A stretch of 64,000 nucleotides of DNA from the NCBI RefSeq assembly GCF_001194135.2, contig NC_068993.1, positions 15,252,775 to 15,316,774 of the forward strand, in the 5' to 3' direction. This DNA is from Octopus bimaculoides. Lineage: Eukaryota. Shown in pieces: positions 37,805 to 51,049 of this stretch (within the stretch, counting starts at the first letter, position 1; every line of letters starts with the position of its first letter). A program made the translations under genes and the position numbers. Under the pieces are notes generated by a model that was given only the letters and a program-made list of their open reading frames with translations, was not told where the DNA came from and did no database searches.

Positions 37805-38130
37805 CGTGAAGGCGCGTGGCTTGGTGGTTAGGGCATTCGACTCACGATTGTAAGGTCGTGATTTCAATGCAAGGCGACGCGTTGTGTCCTTGAGCAAGGT
37901 ACTTTATTTCACATTGCTCCAGTCCACTCAGCTGGCAAAATAAATTGTACCTGTATTTCAAAGGGCCAGCCTTGTCACACTCTGTGTCACGCTGAATTTC
38001 AATGAGAACTACGTTAGAAGTACACGTGACTGTGGAGGGCTCAACCACATGCACGTTCATTTCACAGACAGCCTGTTGCAATGATCGGATCAACTGGAAC
38101 CCTCGTTGTCGTAACCGACGGAGTGCCTCG
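37805..38130 (+). mobile_element. SINE family B, full length, with perfect 14-bp TSD
   Basis: Head GAAGGCGCGTGGCTTGGTGGTTAGGGC, core TTGTGTCCTTGAGCAAGG, tail GTCGTAACCGACGGAGTGCC; TSD ATTGATAGTCCATA at 37791-37804 and 38131-38144. Confidence 0.95.
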
Positions 38131-38940
38131 ATTGATAGTCCATATCATTACATTGGGTTAACTATTTTTATACTATGATCCCTCGTTATATTAGGGGAGC
38201 AACTATTTCTGCTACGCTTTACATTACTATGTCGATTCTAAATGAGTATTTTTTTCCGTTAGTTTTAGATAATAATCGCTATAGTTCACAGGCATTCCAT
38301 AAAACAAGCAATATTCCGTTAAGCTTTAGCCTAGTCAAAGCCATATTTATAAGTTTGGCTTAATCGTCCATGCTTATTTTCAGACCTTTAGATAATTCTT
38401 TTCTTCTTACATTCCATGTTGCTAATCATTTATGTAATTGGTACAACAGATAATTTCCTGCTACATGGAGTGCAAACACATGTTCTCAGACCAGAGGAAA
38501 CATATTAAATACATGTGTATATTTAACTTATCATGTATGTCTTGATATAATGTGTGTCCTTTTGGTTTAGCAATTACGATACATCATTATATTACTGCAT
38601 GAAATACGAGTAGTTATTTGCTAAGGTGCTACACACGAAAAGATATTTTCATGATATGTTTCTTTCGTCCTTGCGAATTTGATAAAATTAAAATGCAGTA
38701 TTTTACTCTGTTCCTTCACCGATTTAAGTCACTTGACCGTAGTCATACTGGAGCACTGCTTTGTATCGATTTGTCGCAGAAATCGTCCCGTTTGCTTATT
38801 TTAAGTCTCATAATTTTTCTACCGTCTCTTTCGCTGGAAGTCGAACGCAGGTTTTCAAGTGGCGTTTGAACAAATACCAAGACGTACTTATATGCATATC
38901 TATACATAGGTATAAAAATTTACGCACACACACTCACATA

Positions 38941-39004
<64 letters not shown>

Positions 39005-39007
<3 letters not shown>

Positions 39008-39150
39008 TATGGTGGAGGAGCAAGTCTTAGTAGCTACGATGTTGCATTCATGATCGCAAGATTTTGGTGCAATTCCCGGCCGAGTAGTGATTCTGTGCAC
39101 TTGACCAAACCCTTCATTTCACGTTTTTCTAATCCACTCATTTGACCAAA
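39005..39150 (+). mobile_element. Degenerate family B SINE head
   Basis: GGAGGAGCAAGTCTTAGTAG...GCAATTCCCGGC...CATTTCACGTT...ATCCACTCA. Confidence 0.6.
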
Positions 39151-39297
39151 AGCAATGATCATGTGAATGTCCGGTGTGGGATCATACACACCATAGAAGC
39201 CGGAAAACTACCTTTAGATTATTTGGAATGCCTTTTTTGTTCCTTATTCATCTGAAGGGCTTCTTTTGGTTGCCATCTCCGAAATCTCTTGACATAG

Positions 39298-39370
<73 letters not shown>

Positions 39371-39544
39371 ATAAAGGATCGTGGGTAAGGCCAAATCAAT
39401 GCGAAGTAAATGCAAGGTAAAGCAAAAGAAAAGAAAAAATATGAATTAATGTAGACTATTTTGTATTCAATATTTCGGGGTTATTACAAAACAAGAAACT
39501 AAATTTCGAATGCAGTATAGCTGGGAGAACAGCAGTGAAAATGT

Positions 39545-39650
39545 GGGTACTTACCTTAAAAAAAACGGAAAAAAGTTATCAGCAAGCGGATGTGCGAAGT
39601 CGAACCGTTACCCCTCAAATACCGACTGAGTGCTCTAACCGAATCCCCTA
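39545..39650 (-). mobile_element. tRNA-like SINE relic (family D); related copy at ~50445-50550
   Basis: Reverse strand CGGTTAGAGCAC...TTTGAGGGGTAACGGTTCGACTTC; the 50.5-kb copy has TTTGAGGGATATGGGTTCGAGTC followed by a similar TTTTTTCCG segment. Confidence 0.5.
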
Positions 39651-40132
39651 AAAACTGTCCAATCAGAGGTGTAGTGAACTCCTACAAATACATGATCCAA
39701 ATGCCTGTTGGAACTATTATATTGAAATTGAAACAGATTTGAATACATTACAAATAGAATATGATGAACAAACGGAGCGATCTAGTTTGCTCCTTTTTAC
39801 TTTGCTTCAAATTTCAAAAATCTTCATAAAACTAAAATTTCATTATAGACATTTCGCTGTTATTTTGGTCAACCTGTTTTATTTCTTATTTTCTTTTTAA
39901 TAATAATAAATTATTAAAACATATAATCTCTAGAGTGAAGTGTAAAATAGTTATTAAAAAGCAAGAGATATGAGTTTACTGAAGTGATATTCAATTGGAT
40001 TAAAGTTCAATATCAACGTAGCTAAATTTCATTTCGGAAAATAATTAAAATAACATATTTAGTCACTATGTCTTTTCGAAACACTGTATAGAAGACTTTG
40101 TGTTTTCTCATGAAACTAATAGCAATACAAAT

Positions 40133-41000
40133 CTTTCTACTATCGGCACAAGGCGTGAAACTATTGGGGGAGGAGGTTTATCAATTACATTGATCCCTAG
40201 TATTAAGTTAGTACTTATTAACTGGACCCCGAAAGTATGAAAGGCTTGATCGACCTCGGCGAAATTTGATCTCAGAACGTAATGCTAAGCATTTTAGCCG
40301 GCGTGATAGTGATTCTACCAGTGCACCAAAGATAACAGTTTAAAATGTTGACATCAAGCCAGTAATTTGGTGGGGGTGGGGTAAAGTCCATTGCATCGAC
40401 CCTGTGTTCTACTGCTACTTAGTTTATCGACCCCAAAAAATGAAAGTGAAGTTTACTTCAGCCGAATTTGAACTAGGAGCATAAAGATTGATGACTATGT
40501 ATTTTCCGGCCTTGCTAACAATTCTGCCACGTCGCCACCTTAATAACAAGACTAATGATTTCAAATTGAGCAAGACCAACATTTTGTGGGGGGAGTTAGG
40601 TCGATTACATTAACCCCAGTATTCAACCGGTACGTCCTTTCTCGACACCGAAAGGATGAATAACAAATTCAGCCTTGGCGGAAATCGAACTCAGAGCACG
40701 AAGATAGACGAAATGCCCTAAGCATTTTGTCCAGCGTGCTAACGATTCCGCCGGCTGACCACCTTAATATTCATTCCTTTCTACTATAGGCACAATGCTT
40801 GAAATTTGAATTTAGTCGATTACTCAACTGGTACTAGAAAGGACGAAAGACAAATTAAACCTCGGCGGATTTTGAACTCTGGAAACTAAGAACGTGAGGT
40901 CGGACGAAAATTACGCTAAGCATTTTGTCCTGAATGTTAACGATTCTTTTCCAATCTAGGCACAACGCCCGAAATTTTTGGGGAGGGGAGCCAGTAGATT
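40133..41000 (-). mobile_element. Head-to-tail array of about 5 divergent family A SINEs
   Basis: Units at ~40133-40325, 40345-40545, 40555-40765, 40775-40945 and a tail at 40947-41000, all on the minus strand. Confidence 0.88.
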
Positions 41001-41244
41001 AGCAGATTCAAACAGTAGATTCATGCAGAAACAATTAACATCAATGACTGGTTCATGCTTGAGGACCATCTGGTTGAAATATAAATAGCACCATCAGCGC
41101 CAAGCAGTGACGAAGAATAAACGATCTTTAGGTTAGTTTATAGATGTTTGTGACATAAATTGTTGCCAAACTCAAGTTCACTGCAGCTACTGTGAAGAAA
41201 GAAAAACCCTCTATGATAAAAGTTGTAAAAATTCTGATGGGTTT

Positions 41245-41842
41245 CAAAGTTTGGTACAAAGCTAGTAAGTTTTGAGTAAGGAATTAAATCGATTACAACG
41301 ACTCTAGTGATCAACTGGTGTGGAGGCGCAACGGCACAGTGGTTAGGGCAGCGGACTCGCGGTCATAGGATCGTGGTTTCGATTCCCAGACCGGGCGTTG
41401 TGAGTGTTTATTGAGTGAAAACACCTAAAGCTCCACGAGGCTCCGGCAGGGGATGGTGGCGAACCCTGTTGTACTCTTTCACCACAACTTTATCTCACTC
41501 TTACTTCCTGTTTCTGTTGTGCCTGTAATTCAAAGGGTCAGCCTTGTCACACTTTGTCACGCTGAATATCCCCGAGAACTACGTTAAAGATACACGTGTC
41601 TGTGGAGTGCTCAGCCACTTGCACGTTAATTTCACGAGCAGGCTGTTCCGTTGATCGGATCAACTAGAATCCTCGACGTCGTAAGCGACGGAGTGCCAAC
41701 CATCAGTGCTCAACTGGTATTTATTTCACCGATTCTGAAAGGATGAAACGTGAAGCCAACCTCGGTGGAATTTGAACTCAGAACTTAAAGACAGATGAAA
41801 TACCGCTAAGCCTTTTGTCCAGCATGCTAAAGATTGTGCCAT
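41245..41842 (-). mobile_element. Family A SINE interrupted by a nested younger SINE
   Basis: Tail half at ~41245-41319 and head half at ~41705-41842. Confidence 0.82.
41320..41704 (+). mobile_element. Full-length tRNA-derived SINE with a distinct head/body and the family B 3' tail, nested in a family A copy
   Basis: Head GGAGGCGCAACGGCACAGTGGTTAGGGCAGCGGACTCG...GGTTTCGATTCCC; tail nearly identical to 37960-38128; TSD AGTG(A/C)TCAACTGGT at 41306-41319 and 41705-41718. Confidence 0.92.
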
Positions 41843-41914
41843 ATATATGTGGTGGGCTTACACATTTTCCGGCTACTAAATTATTCAATCAGTTGGCATT
41901 GGTCAAATCGGACT

Positions 41915-42160
41915 TTCATCTGTTTCAGTCATTAGATTGCGGTCATGCTGGGGCACCACCTTGAATATTTAGTCAAACTAATCGACCCCAGTACTTATAT
42001 TTTAAAGCCTGGTACTTATTCTACAAGTATCTTTTGCCGAACAGCTAAGTTATGGGGGGCACATAGGTTATAGTAGTAAACCATTATTACAGATGTCACG
42101 CAATGAACTGAACTCGAAAACTCCTGGTTGCGAATTGAGCTTCTTAACCACACAGCCATG
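41915..42160 (-). mobile_element. SINE family C, internally deleted
   Basis: TTTCAGTCATTAGATTGCGGTCATGCTGGGGCACCACC ... GCTTCTTAACCACACAGCCA. Confidence 0.82.
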
Positions 42161-45038
42161 TATTGAATTTATTTGACAGTTTGAGTAAGATTGAAGATAA
42201 AGTCGTACTGTGGAGAAATTTTCAACTCCAAACTTGAACGTATGTCAACCCGGCTTTCGTCATCAATAACTAAAGTAGAGATTTATTTGATTGAAACGAT
42301 TACTGTATATAACAGTAACCCGTGTTGTTGATCTCAATAGGGTGAAATTCAAAGCAGATTTCATTGCTGTGTGAAATAAAAAAAACCTAAGCGACATATC
42401 AAACGAAAAGAGGAAACATAACATAGACTTCTAATTTATTCGAGACATTTCATATAGTGAAATTATAAATTTAAATTACTTGAATGGCCTACATCCACAT
42501 GAATTTGAAGTTTAATTTACTGTTTCGGTCTCCTTAAATATATATTTCTGTGTTTGTGTTTGTGTGTGTGTGTGTGTTTGTTTTTTCGTTTATTACAATA
42601 TACCCAGTGAGCCATAATCGATCCAACAAGCGTAGAAACGTGAAACAATTAAGCTGGTTCCTAGTTAAACACACGCATAACCAGACTAAAGTGACTTAAA
42701 TACATACTACACTTAGAAATTCTGACTTTTTCCAAGACGGAATTTCAAAATATAAAATAGATAAATAAATAAATAAATAAATAAAAACAGCAAAGAATTA
42801 AAGCTGGAGCGAACTTAAAAGATTTAGAAATCTAAGTTAGAAATTTCATATAAATCAAATTCAAGAAGTGTGACGAAAGAATTTCATTTGATGAATAGAG
42901 CAGAAACGAGTTTAACGAAGAAAAAAAATGATTTTAAAGATATGCATGAATAAATAAAGAAATTAAAAATAATCAAATAACAACATAATTTTCAATTTAT
43001 TCTTTATGATATAAAAAAATAAAATTGGGAGTTTCTTATTTTTATATTTAAATATTTATTAAGAGACATTTATAGAATGATCTATCGAATTAATAATATA
43101 TCTTCATCGATGATGAAAATAATGTCATATTTTTCAAATTATCGATAAGTAATATATCAATATGTTTTTATCAAAAAGGGAAAATGAAAAGTTGTAATTT
43201 TTTTTTCCCAAAAAAAAAAAAAAATTATGAGGAAATTTATCTCTATCGGTTGACAGTAGCGTGAAACAATAATAAAANNNNNNNNNNNNNNNNNNNNNNN
43301 NNNNNNNNNNNNNNNNNNNNNNNNNNNNNNNNNNNNNNNNNNNNNNNNNNNNNNNNNNNNNNNNNNNNNNNNNNNNNNNNNNNNNNNNNNNNNNNNNNNN
43401 NNNNNNNNNNNNNNNNNNNNNNNNNNNNNNNNNNNNNNNNNNNNNNNNNNNNNNNNNNNNNNNNNNNNNNNNNNNNNNNNNNNNNNNNNNNNNNNNNNNN
43501 NNNNNNNNNNNNNNNNNNNNNNNNNNNNNNNNNNNNNNNNNNNNNNNNNNNNNNNNNNNNNNNNNNNNNNNNNNNNNNNNNNNNNNNNNNNNNNNNNNNN
43601 NNNNNNNNNNNNNNNNNNNNNNNNNNNNNNNNNNNNNNNNNNNNNNNNNNNNNNNNNNNNNNNNNNNNNNNNNNATATATATATATATATAAAGGAGAGG
43701 CAGAAAACAGAGAGCGAAAAGTACGAGAGCATCGGGTGACATATGTATGAATGTCTTTGTATGAATATTTATATTTCTGTATAACAACTGTCACAGTGTT
43801 CTCCCTGTAGAAGTAATCTATGTATGAATAAAAACGCACATGCGCGAGCGCGCATATATAATATACTTTTACATGAAGAGGGATGAGAGATACCTTGAGT
43901 TTTCGGTCTGCTAGGTTTTGCTAAAATGTCCAATCTTCGAAGTCACTGTCGCTTCTTTTCTTGTAAAAGTATAATGAATATGTATCATCCAAAATGTGTT
44001 CATTCTCCAGTTTAATGTTAAACTGTTGCAACTATAACCCGACATGAAAAAAAGAAATTATTAATATATATATGTACGTGTATGTATATCTCTGATTTTT
44101 TGTATTATATATTTGTGTTATATGTATATAATTGTGTGTATAAATGTACAGTAAAATACCAATTTACGGAATTGTATAACTCTACCAGGTTGAGTACAAG
44201 AAGATCACGCACGTTTCCTCGAAGCTCGAACAGAATATTTGTGTATTCAAGCTACTCACCACACAGCACTGTCAATTTTTTATTTTGTTTACAATGAAGC
44301 CAGAGTCGTTAAAATTATGCCTTAGTGGATTGTAACGGTCGCACATTTGAAATCCAATAGATTTATCCATACATCTGATTATTTGTCGTGAGGAATACGC
44401 TTTCATAACATTGCAGAAATTGCTCGACAAGCGTTACCAGATCTTCTTCGAGCCAGTTTGAAAGAATTTGAGATGTCATCGCGAGAAATATCAACTGGAA
44501 TGAACTTTGAACTGGAGCTCAGATACATTACATGCAATTATAATACCACAAGCGCAAGCTTCCTTGACATCATGTAAAATAAGGTCATGTAACTACCCGA
44601 AATGAACACGCTGGAGAAGATATACGAACTATGTATTGAAAGCTGAACTAATCTATCTCTAAGCAAGGCCTGTGAATATACCGTCTGCTGTACATCGAAA
44701 CTATTATGGCGCATATTCGACATAATCATCATTCAGTGATGCAACCTCTTTCTTTCATTAACCCTGGTATGGTGCACTTTTATCATATATTCTCTTTTAT
44801 CGAACTGGTCATCGAACGAATCACTTTCACGAGACTGGGAGAATTTTCCATCAGTGACACACTCCCAGCAACTCACACACATAAACACGTACACACACAT
44901 ACACTGGCATATATATGTGGGTGGGTGGTGTGTGCAACTTTGCTTTTCCTACATCTAAAATAGAGCGATTATGGTCGAATAGATTAATGTAAGTGCGTAT
45001 ACATATGAATATATAAACATACGTATATATAAACATAC

Positions 45039-45093
<55 letters not shown>

Positions 45094-46607
45094 GATTTAC
45101 TTTCAAGAATTATTTAAACGTATGTATCATTGCTTTATATATAATACTGGAATGTGTATCTTTCTTACCCTATCCATAATTCACTTATCTCTACAAAAGT
45201 AAAAAAAAAAATAACAACCAGAGAATATATATGTACACATAAAATAAGTGAGAATATAGATAATTTCCTTTTGTTTAAAACATGTATAACGTGTAAAAAG
45301 GAGAAAAAAACTGTGGAAAATTATATCAAAAACACGTAGAAAATACGACAAAAAAAATTGTAAAGAAAAGTCTAAAGGAAATATGAAATAAATTTGGTCA
45401 AAATAGCTCCTTTTGGATGAAAACTATAAATATTTATTAGAATTGCTGATATATTTACTTGATCACGTGACTTCGCTTGTATTTATATTTGTTTTTATAT
45501 GATCACATCTTCTCTAGGTTTGAATTTATATTTTTTAACCTTCCCGCATTTATCTATATATGTACGTTTTTTCATGTTTAATTTTTATGTATTCCTCTGT
45601 TTTACGTACATCAGTGATACTGCTAAAGTTTATTTTATATTGTGAGTACATATTGTGTAACATTTTCGATGCTTTTATTTTTTTATTTATGTATTTATTT
45701 ATTTATTTATTTATTTATAAATTCTAACAATACATTTTTGTCTTATAGTTTTGTTAAATGCAATATTTTGTCGCTGGTGAATATATATCTGCATAAAAAA
45801 AAAAGATAAATCATTACAAACAAAACAAAACCATCTAAGACAAAACATAGAATACACACTCCGGTTCTTACATGAAGTTATAATGTCTATCAGGATTCTA
45901 AGATTCTACCCAGAGTTATCAACTTCGTTCTGTAAAGAATATGGGTGTGAGTAGCAAGCAGTGGTGGTGTCGGTGGGGGTCAACCTATTTGAGTAGCAAA
46001 AAACTAGAGCGAAGATGGAAGAGCAGAAATCTGAGATTATGTTCAGACAAATGTACGAAAGAAAACCAGCATATAATTAAAGGATATGGATGCATAAAAT
46101 ATAAGATTCCATAACACACACACACACGCTTATAAATATATACGTATATGTGCATAAACGGTATATGTAAACATATGTATATGTGTGTATGTGTATGTGT
46201 GTGTCTGTGTACTTGTATATTTATCTATCTATATACCTATCTATCAATTTATCTATCTATATATATTATATTTCATTTTTTTCTTGTTTCACTCATTAGA
46301 TTGTGGCCATGCTGGGGTTATGTATATGTCTGTTTACCTATTTATCTCTATGTCTATATATGTGTGTATATATGTATATATGGATGTACGTACGTATCCA
46401 TTTATCTACTTATATACTCACACACACACACACACACTCACACACACACATACACACACACACACACACACTCACACACACACACACGCACACAGAGGAC
46501 ACCTGAAAAAATATCCACATAAGCCCCAGTAAACTGCGTCGTCTCTCATACCTTAAAATATTACCCAGAAACATAAAGATATTTTTCATTCAATTTATTT
46601 TTCATAT

Positions 46608-46665
46608 TCATACAATTTCCGTCGCCCAACCACCATTATTATAAAGATCATCATTATTATGATTA

Positions 46666-46732
<67 letters not shown>

Positions 46733-47099
46733 TGCTATTTATATTATTGTTCAAATTCTCACACCTACCTGTTTCTCTAGACTTAAGTATTTTAAGGTTA
46801 TGTGCTGCTATTATCTGTGCTATGTTCCTAGTATTTGAAAATCCAAATCTAATTATATGTCTGTTTATAATCTTAGCATAGTGTGAGCTCCTTGGGAAGT
46901 GTCTACCTATCACTTCTCTAAACTTAGCTATCAGATTACTCCTGATATTTCTCCCAAATGGGATTATGAGCCAGATTTTATTATCCTTATTATTATCCTC
47001 ATGGTTATTAATATTGTTTTTAAAGAATTTTAAGTTACCTATGTTGTGTTTATGGGGGTACCTTGGTTTATTTAGTTTATTTACTTTGTGTTTATTCCT

Positions 47100-47135
<36 letters not shown>

Positions 47136-47174
47136 GTTGTTGTTGTTGTTGTCAGTTGTTTCAATTCCGTTGCT
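46608..47174 (-). mobile_element. Penelope-like element fragment: linker between RT and GIY-YIG, embedded in poly-Asn (AAT)n tracts
   Basis: 46784-46979 reads KIWLIIPFGRNIRSNLIAKFREVIGRHFPRSSHYAKIINRHIIRFGFSNTRNIAQIIAAHNLKIL, matching the PLE pattern IIWFNPPY..NV.TN...KF..LI..HFP..H...KIFNR.T....YS...N....I..HN.KIL. Confidence 0.82.
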
Positions 47175-47434
47175 NNNNNNNNNNTTAAGAAACAAAACAA
47201 AATGGGGGCAAGGCTCTTTTAGAATTCCCTGCTGGGTTTCAGTTCTAATATTTTTTAATGGTTTTATTGTGTGTCAGATCTTACGTTTTTAGTTATTTCC
47301 ATTTTTTTAAAAATTCCTGTATGTATTTCTATTTAAGAAAATCCATTTCATGACAATGGTATGGATGCCATGAATAATTTCGTATTATGTCTCTGCGCGC
47401 GCGCGTGTGTGTGCGTGCGTGTGTGTGTCTGAGA

Positions 47435-47483
<49 letters not shown>

Positions 47484-47671
47484 CACGTGAACTATTGTCT
47501 CTGTAAGTACATCTGAGCATCTAAGTGCATTTCTAAATGCGAGAGACAATATTTACACATACAAGTAGATATGCATTGCTTGGCAAATATTTCAGATACG
47601 AATACCATAAAAATATATTTGCTATATTATTAGTATTATTATTATGTTATGGGGGTGTGCTGGCTGAATCA

Positions 47672-47905
47672 ATAACACCGAGGCAAAATGCTTAGCAGCA
47701 TTTCATTCGACTTTACGTTCTGAGTTCAAATTGCGCCGAGTCCAACCTTGCTTTTCATCATTTCGGGGTCAATAACATAAGTAGCAGCCGAGTACTGGTG
47801 TCGATGTAATCGACTTATAAAAATAAAAATAAATGCGCCCTTTTAAAGCCTAGCCAGGCTCATGGGCCCGGTTTCCCGATTTCAATGTCGCATGTGCTAC
47901 CCAGC
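47672..47905. mobile_element. Family A SINE (+, ~47672-47820) adjacent to a V-like SINE tail fragment (-, ~47832-47905)
   Basis: ATGCTTAGC...GAGTTCAAATT; CCCTTTTAAAGCCTAGCCAGGCTC is also present at 9829-9852. Confidence 0.8.
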
Positions 47906-49282
47906 TGTAATGCATAAATTTTCGGGAAATCTTTTTAGTCTAAACAATNNNNNNNNNNTATATATATATATATATATATATGTATGCATGTGTGTTTGTT
48001 CTGTGTGTCTATTCCAGTCCAAAGCTTGACAACCGGTGATATCTTTTTCAGTTACCGTATCGTAGCGGCTCGACAAAAGTGGACGATCGAATACCAAAAT
48101 GTACAGAAACATGCACAACAAAGTTTATTCAACTAAACCCGCGAAGATTATGACCAAGCATGGTCCACTGACCGAAATAAGTAAAACATTATGTGTGCGC
48201 GCGTGTGTGTGTGTGTGTATGTGAGTTTTAGTTGTTAGTTTAGAAAAATCCACTCTAAACTTTGACGTGTTAGATTATTTCGTTCCGTCTCTAGGTATTT
48301 GTGAATCGAAAATCCTTTCTGAATCAATAAAGTCAGTCATTTGATCACCGTGATCAATAAAGCAAAATACCAATATTGTAGAGAAGAATCTTAAATTAAC
48401 CATACGTTGCCTCCTTTCACCTAAATACTTGTAACCTTCGTGTTTTGGGGAAAATCACTATTATTATTGAAATACGTTGTGTGTTGAGATTGGTACAAGT
48501 TTAAGAAATACAGTCGAATTTTTTTATGACAGTTAGTCACATCTCTTATTATCTTACTGAAATTACCAGCGAGATTCACTAGTTTCTCTTTCATCTTTGT
48601 TAGATCGATAAATTTAGTACCAGTCAAGCATTGGGGATCGATTATGTCGATTACACCTCTGCAACAAAATAAGCATCATTATGCCAAAGTAAGGAATAAT
48701 TATTTTTCAGATATGCAAATACAACGTGACAAAGATGCTAGAAACGCGTGTGTGGAAATCCGTGTTAATTGTCTTTCAGTTAATAATTTCCTGCCGTGAT
48801 TTGAATTCACGTCTTAGTGATATCAATAAAAATAAAACAACTAATCGGCGACGTTAGATCTATTTGACGATCGTTCATGTTGTTTATATTTATTTTTTTG
48901 CGCCTTTTTTTTTTTCAGCAATTAAAAAAATGCACATCCACTATCAATACAGATAGCAAAGATTTTTCACAGTCTGAAGACATGAAAATCTACTCATTGA
49001 ATTTTTTGATGTGTTTCTGGGGCAAGGAGTCTATTTTCCATTGAATCAACTCATCATGACACATCAAATTATCAGGAAATATTGTACGGCCTTGTCTCCT
49101 ATCAGGCCATGAAACTACAGGTAATCATTATCCACTAGGAAGGAATTATGGGGCTTTGATATATACAAACACGCACCTCCTCCCGCACATACATGAACAC
49201 AGACACATACACACACACATACACGCGCACACGAACACACACACACGCATGCGCACGAACACATGCATACGCATATCCTTTT

Positions 49283-49734
49283 TAAATTTTGGCACAAGGC
49301 CAGAAATTTCGGAGAGAGAAAACGTCGATTGCATACACACCAGTGGATAAAAGGCAAAGTCAACCTCAGCGGAATTTGAACGCAGAACGACATGACGCAA
49401 AGCATTTTCCCCAGTGTTTAAGTGACTCTGCCAGCTCACCGCCTTTTACACTCATGCATACACACACACACACACGCGCGCATTCACACGCACACGCACC
49501 CATGCACACACACAGATATAAACATTTGTTTTCATAACCACGTATAATCCTTTCTAATATAGGTACAATGCCTGAGACATTAGCGGAGATAAGCAGTCTA
49601 TTACGTCGTCCCTAGTGTATATATTTTATCGACCCGAAAAGACGAAAGGAAATTTGAAGTGGAAACATAGAGACGAAGGAAATGGCGCTGGGTATGTTTA
49701 TTCCGTCATGCTAACGATTATACCAGCTTGCCGC

Positions 49735-49735
<1 letters not shown>
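49283..49735 (-). mobile_element. Two family A SINE copies (~49283-49445 and ~49550-49735)
   Basis: GGCACAAGGCC, AAAGGCAAAGTCAACCTC, CTCTGCCAGCTCACCGCCTT motifs. Confidence 0.8.
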
Positions 49736-50146
<411 letters not shown>

Positions 50147-50859
50147 AATATATATCGTTGCTATTATGTTAAATAGTCCAAACTTAACCAAATGCTTGCA
50201 ATATCCGGTTCCTTTGGTGAAAACTATCGTATCTCCAGCTGCTTCAGATGCCAAAATATCAGAAATTATCAATGTGTGGAACAAAAGATTTTGCTATGGA
50301 ATGGGGAAAGTTTCTTTTTTTCTTTTTCTGAAAAAGCAATGTTTTGGACTTACGACACTTATACATTATAGCAACGATATATATATATCTTGATTTCTTG
50401 GATGCTATGGCGTTTTTATTTTCCTATGTCCATCAGAATCACTGGGTAAATTACCCTTACAAGGCGGAAAAAATTGTCAACAACCACCCATAAGACTCGA
50501 ACCCATATCCCTCAAAGATTCCGGCTTTACCAGCGTGCTCAATGCCCGCTGGCAAATTCACCGCCGATTTTAGACGCTAGCTTCACGAAACAATCATTAG
50601 CTTCATGACTTTAGCTTTATGGAACAACCATTCGTTCATAAATTTAAATATACACATATTTTCTCTTTTATTAGAAGCGTCGAATATGTGTATTCTACAA
50701 TACAAATAAGAAGATAATATTTCAAAGGCAGAGTTGCCGTTAGGACAGCTGAAATACAGGGCAAATTGCCTTTAGAAGGCGGGAAAAATTATCAACAACC
50801 AGCTCGAACACAAGAGGGCGAATTAAAAAGCATTTCACTACTCTCCAACTCACACTTAC

Positions 50860-51049
50860 GTATAAAATAGGATCTGAATTCATTTAGTAGTTTCGAAGAC
50901 AAATCCTGTGTAACATAAGACATTAACGCTCTGCAAAGATTACCGTTATACATGCATAACAAACTTTGGAATACTCCAACTCCGTTCACCTCTTTGTAAC
51001 TTGTTTCTGTTTCGATGTAATAAGCATCCCAAACGGTTTTATTTAACAT
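50860..51049 (-). CDS. Candidate minus-strand exon
   Basis: 63 open codons MLNKTVWDAYYIETETSYKEVNGVGVFQSLLCMYNGNLCRALMSYVTQDLSSKLLNEFRSYFI ending at a consensus donor C|GTAAGT; part of a non-repetitive 89-codon ORF. No homologue recognised. Confidence 0.3.

Noticed and set aside
37805-37880. tRNA genes (also at 41320-41390, 39545-39650 and family A heads)
   Set aside because: A/B boxes are present but there is no complete cloverleaf, and each continues into a SINE body.
40133-41000. Repeat arrays as CRISPR arrays or hammerhead retrozymes
   Set aside because: Units are ~200-bp divergent tRNA-derived SINEs, with no constant short repeat and unique spacers, no cas genes, and no CUGANGA/GAAA core found.
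45941-45952. Second ATG GGT|GTGAGT resembling the one at 1469-1480
   Set aside because: A 12-nt coincidence with no acceptor or promoter support.
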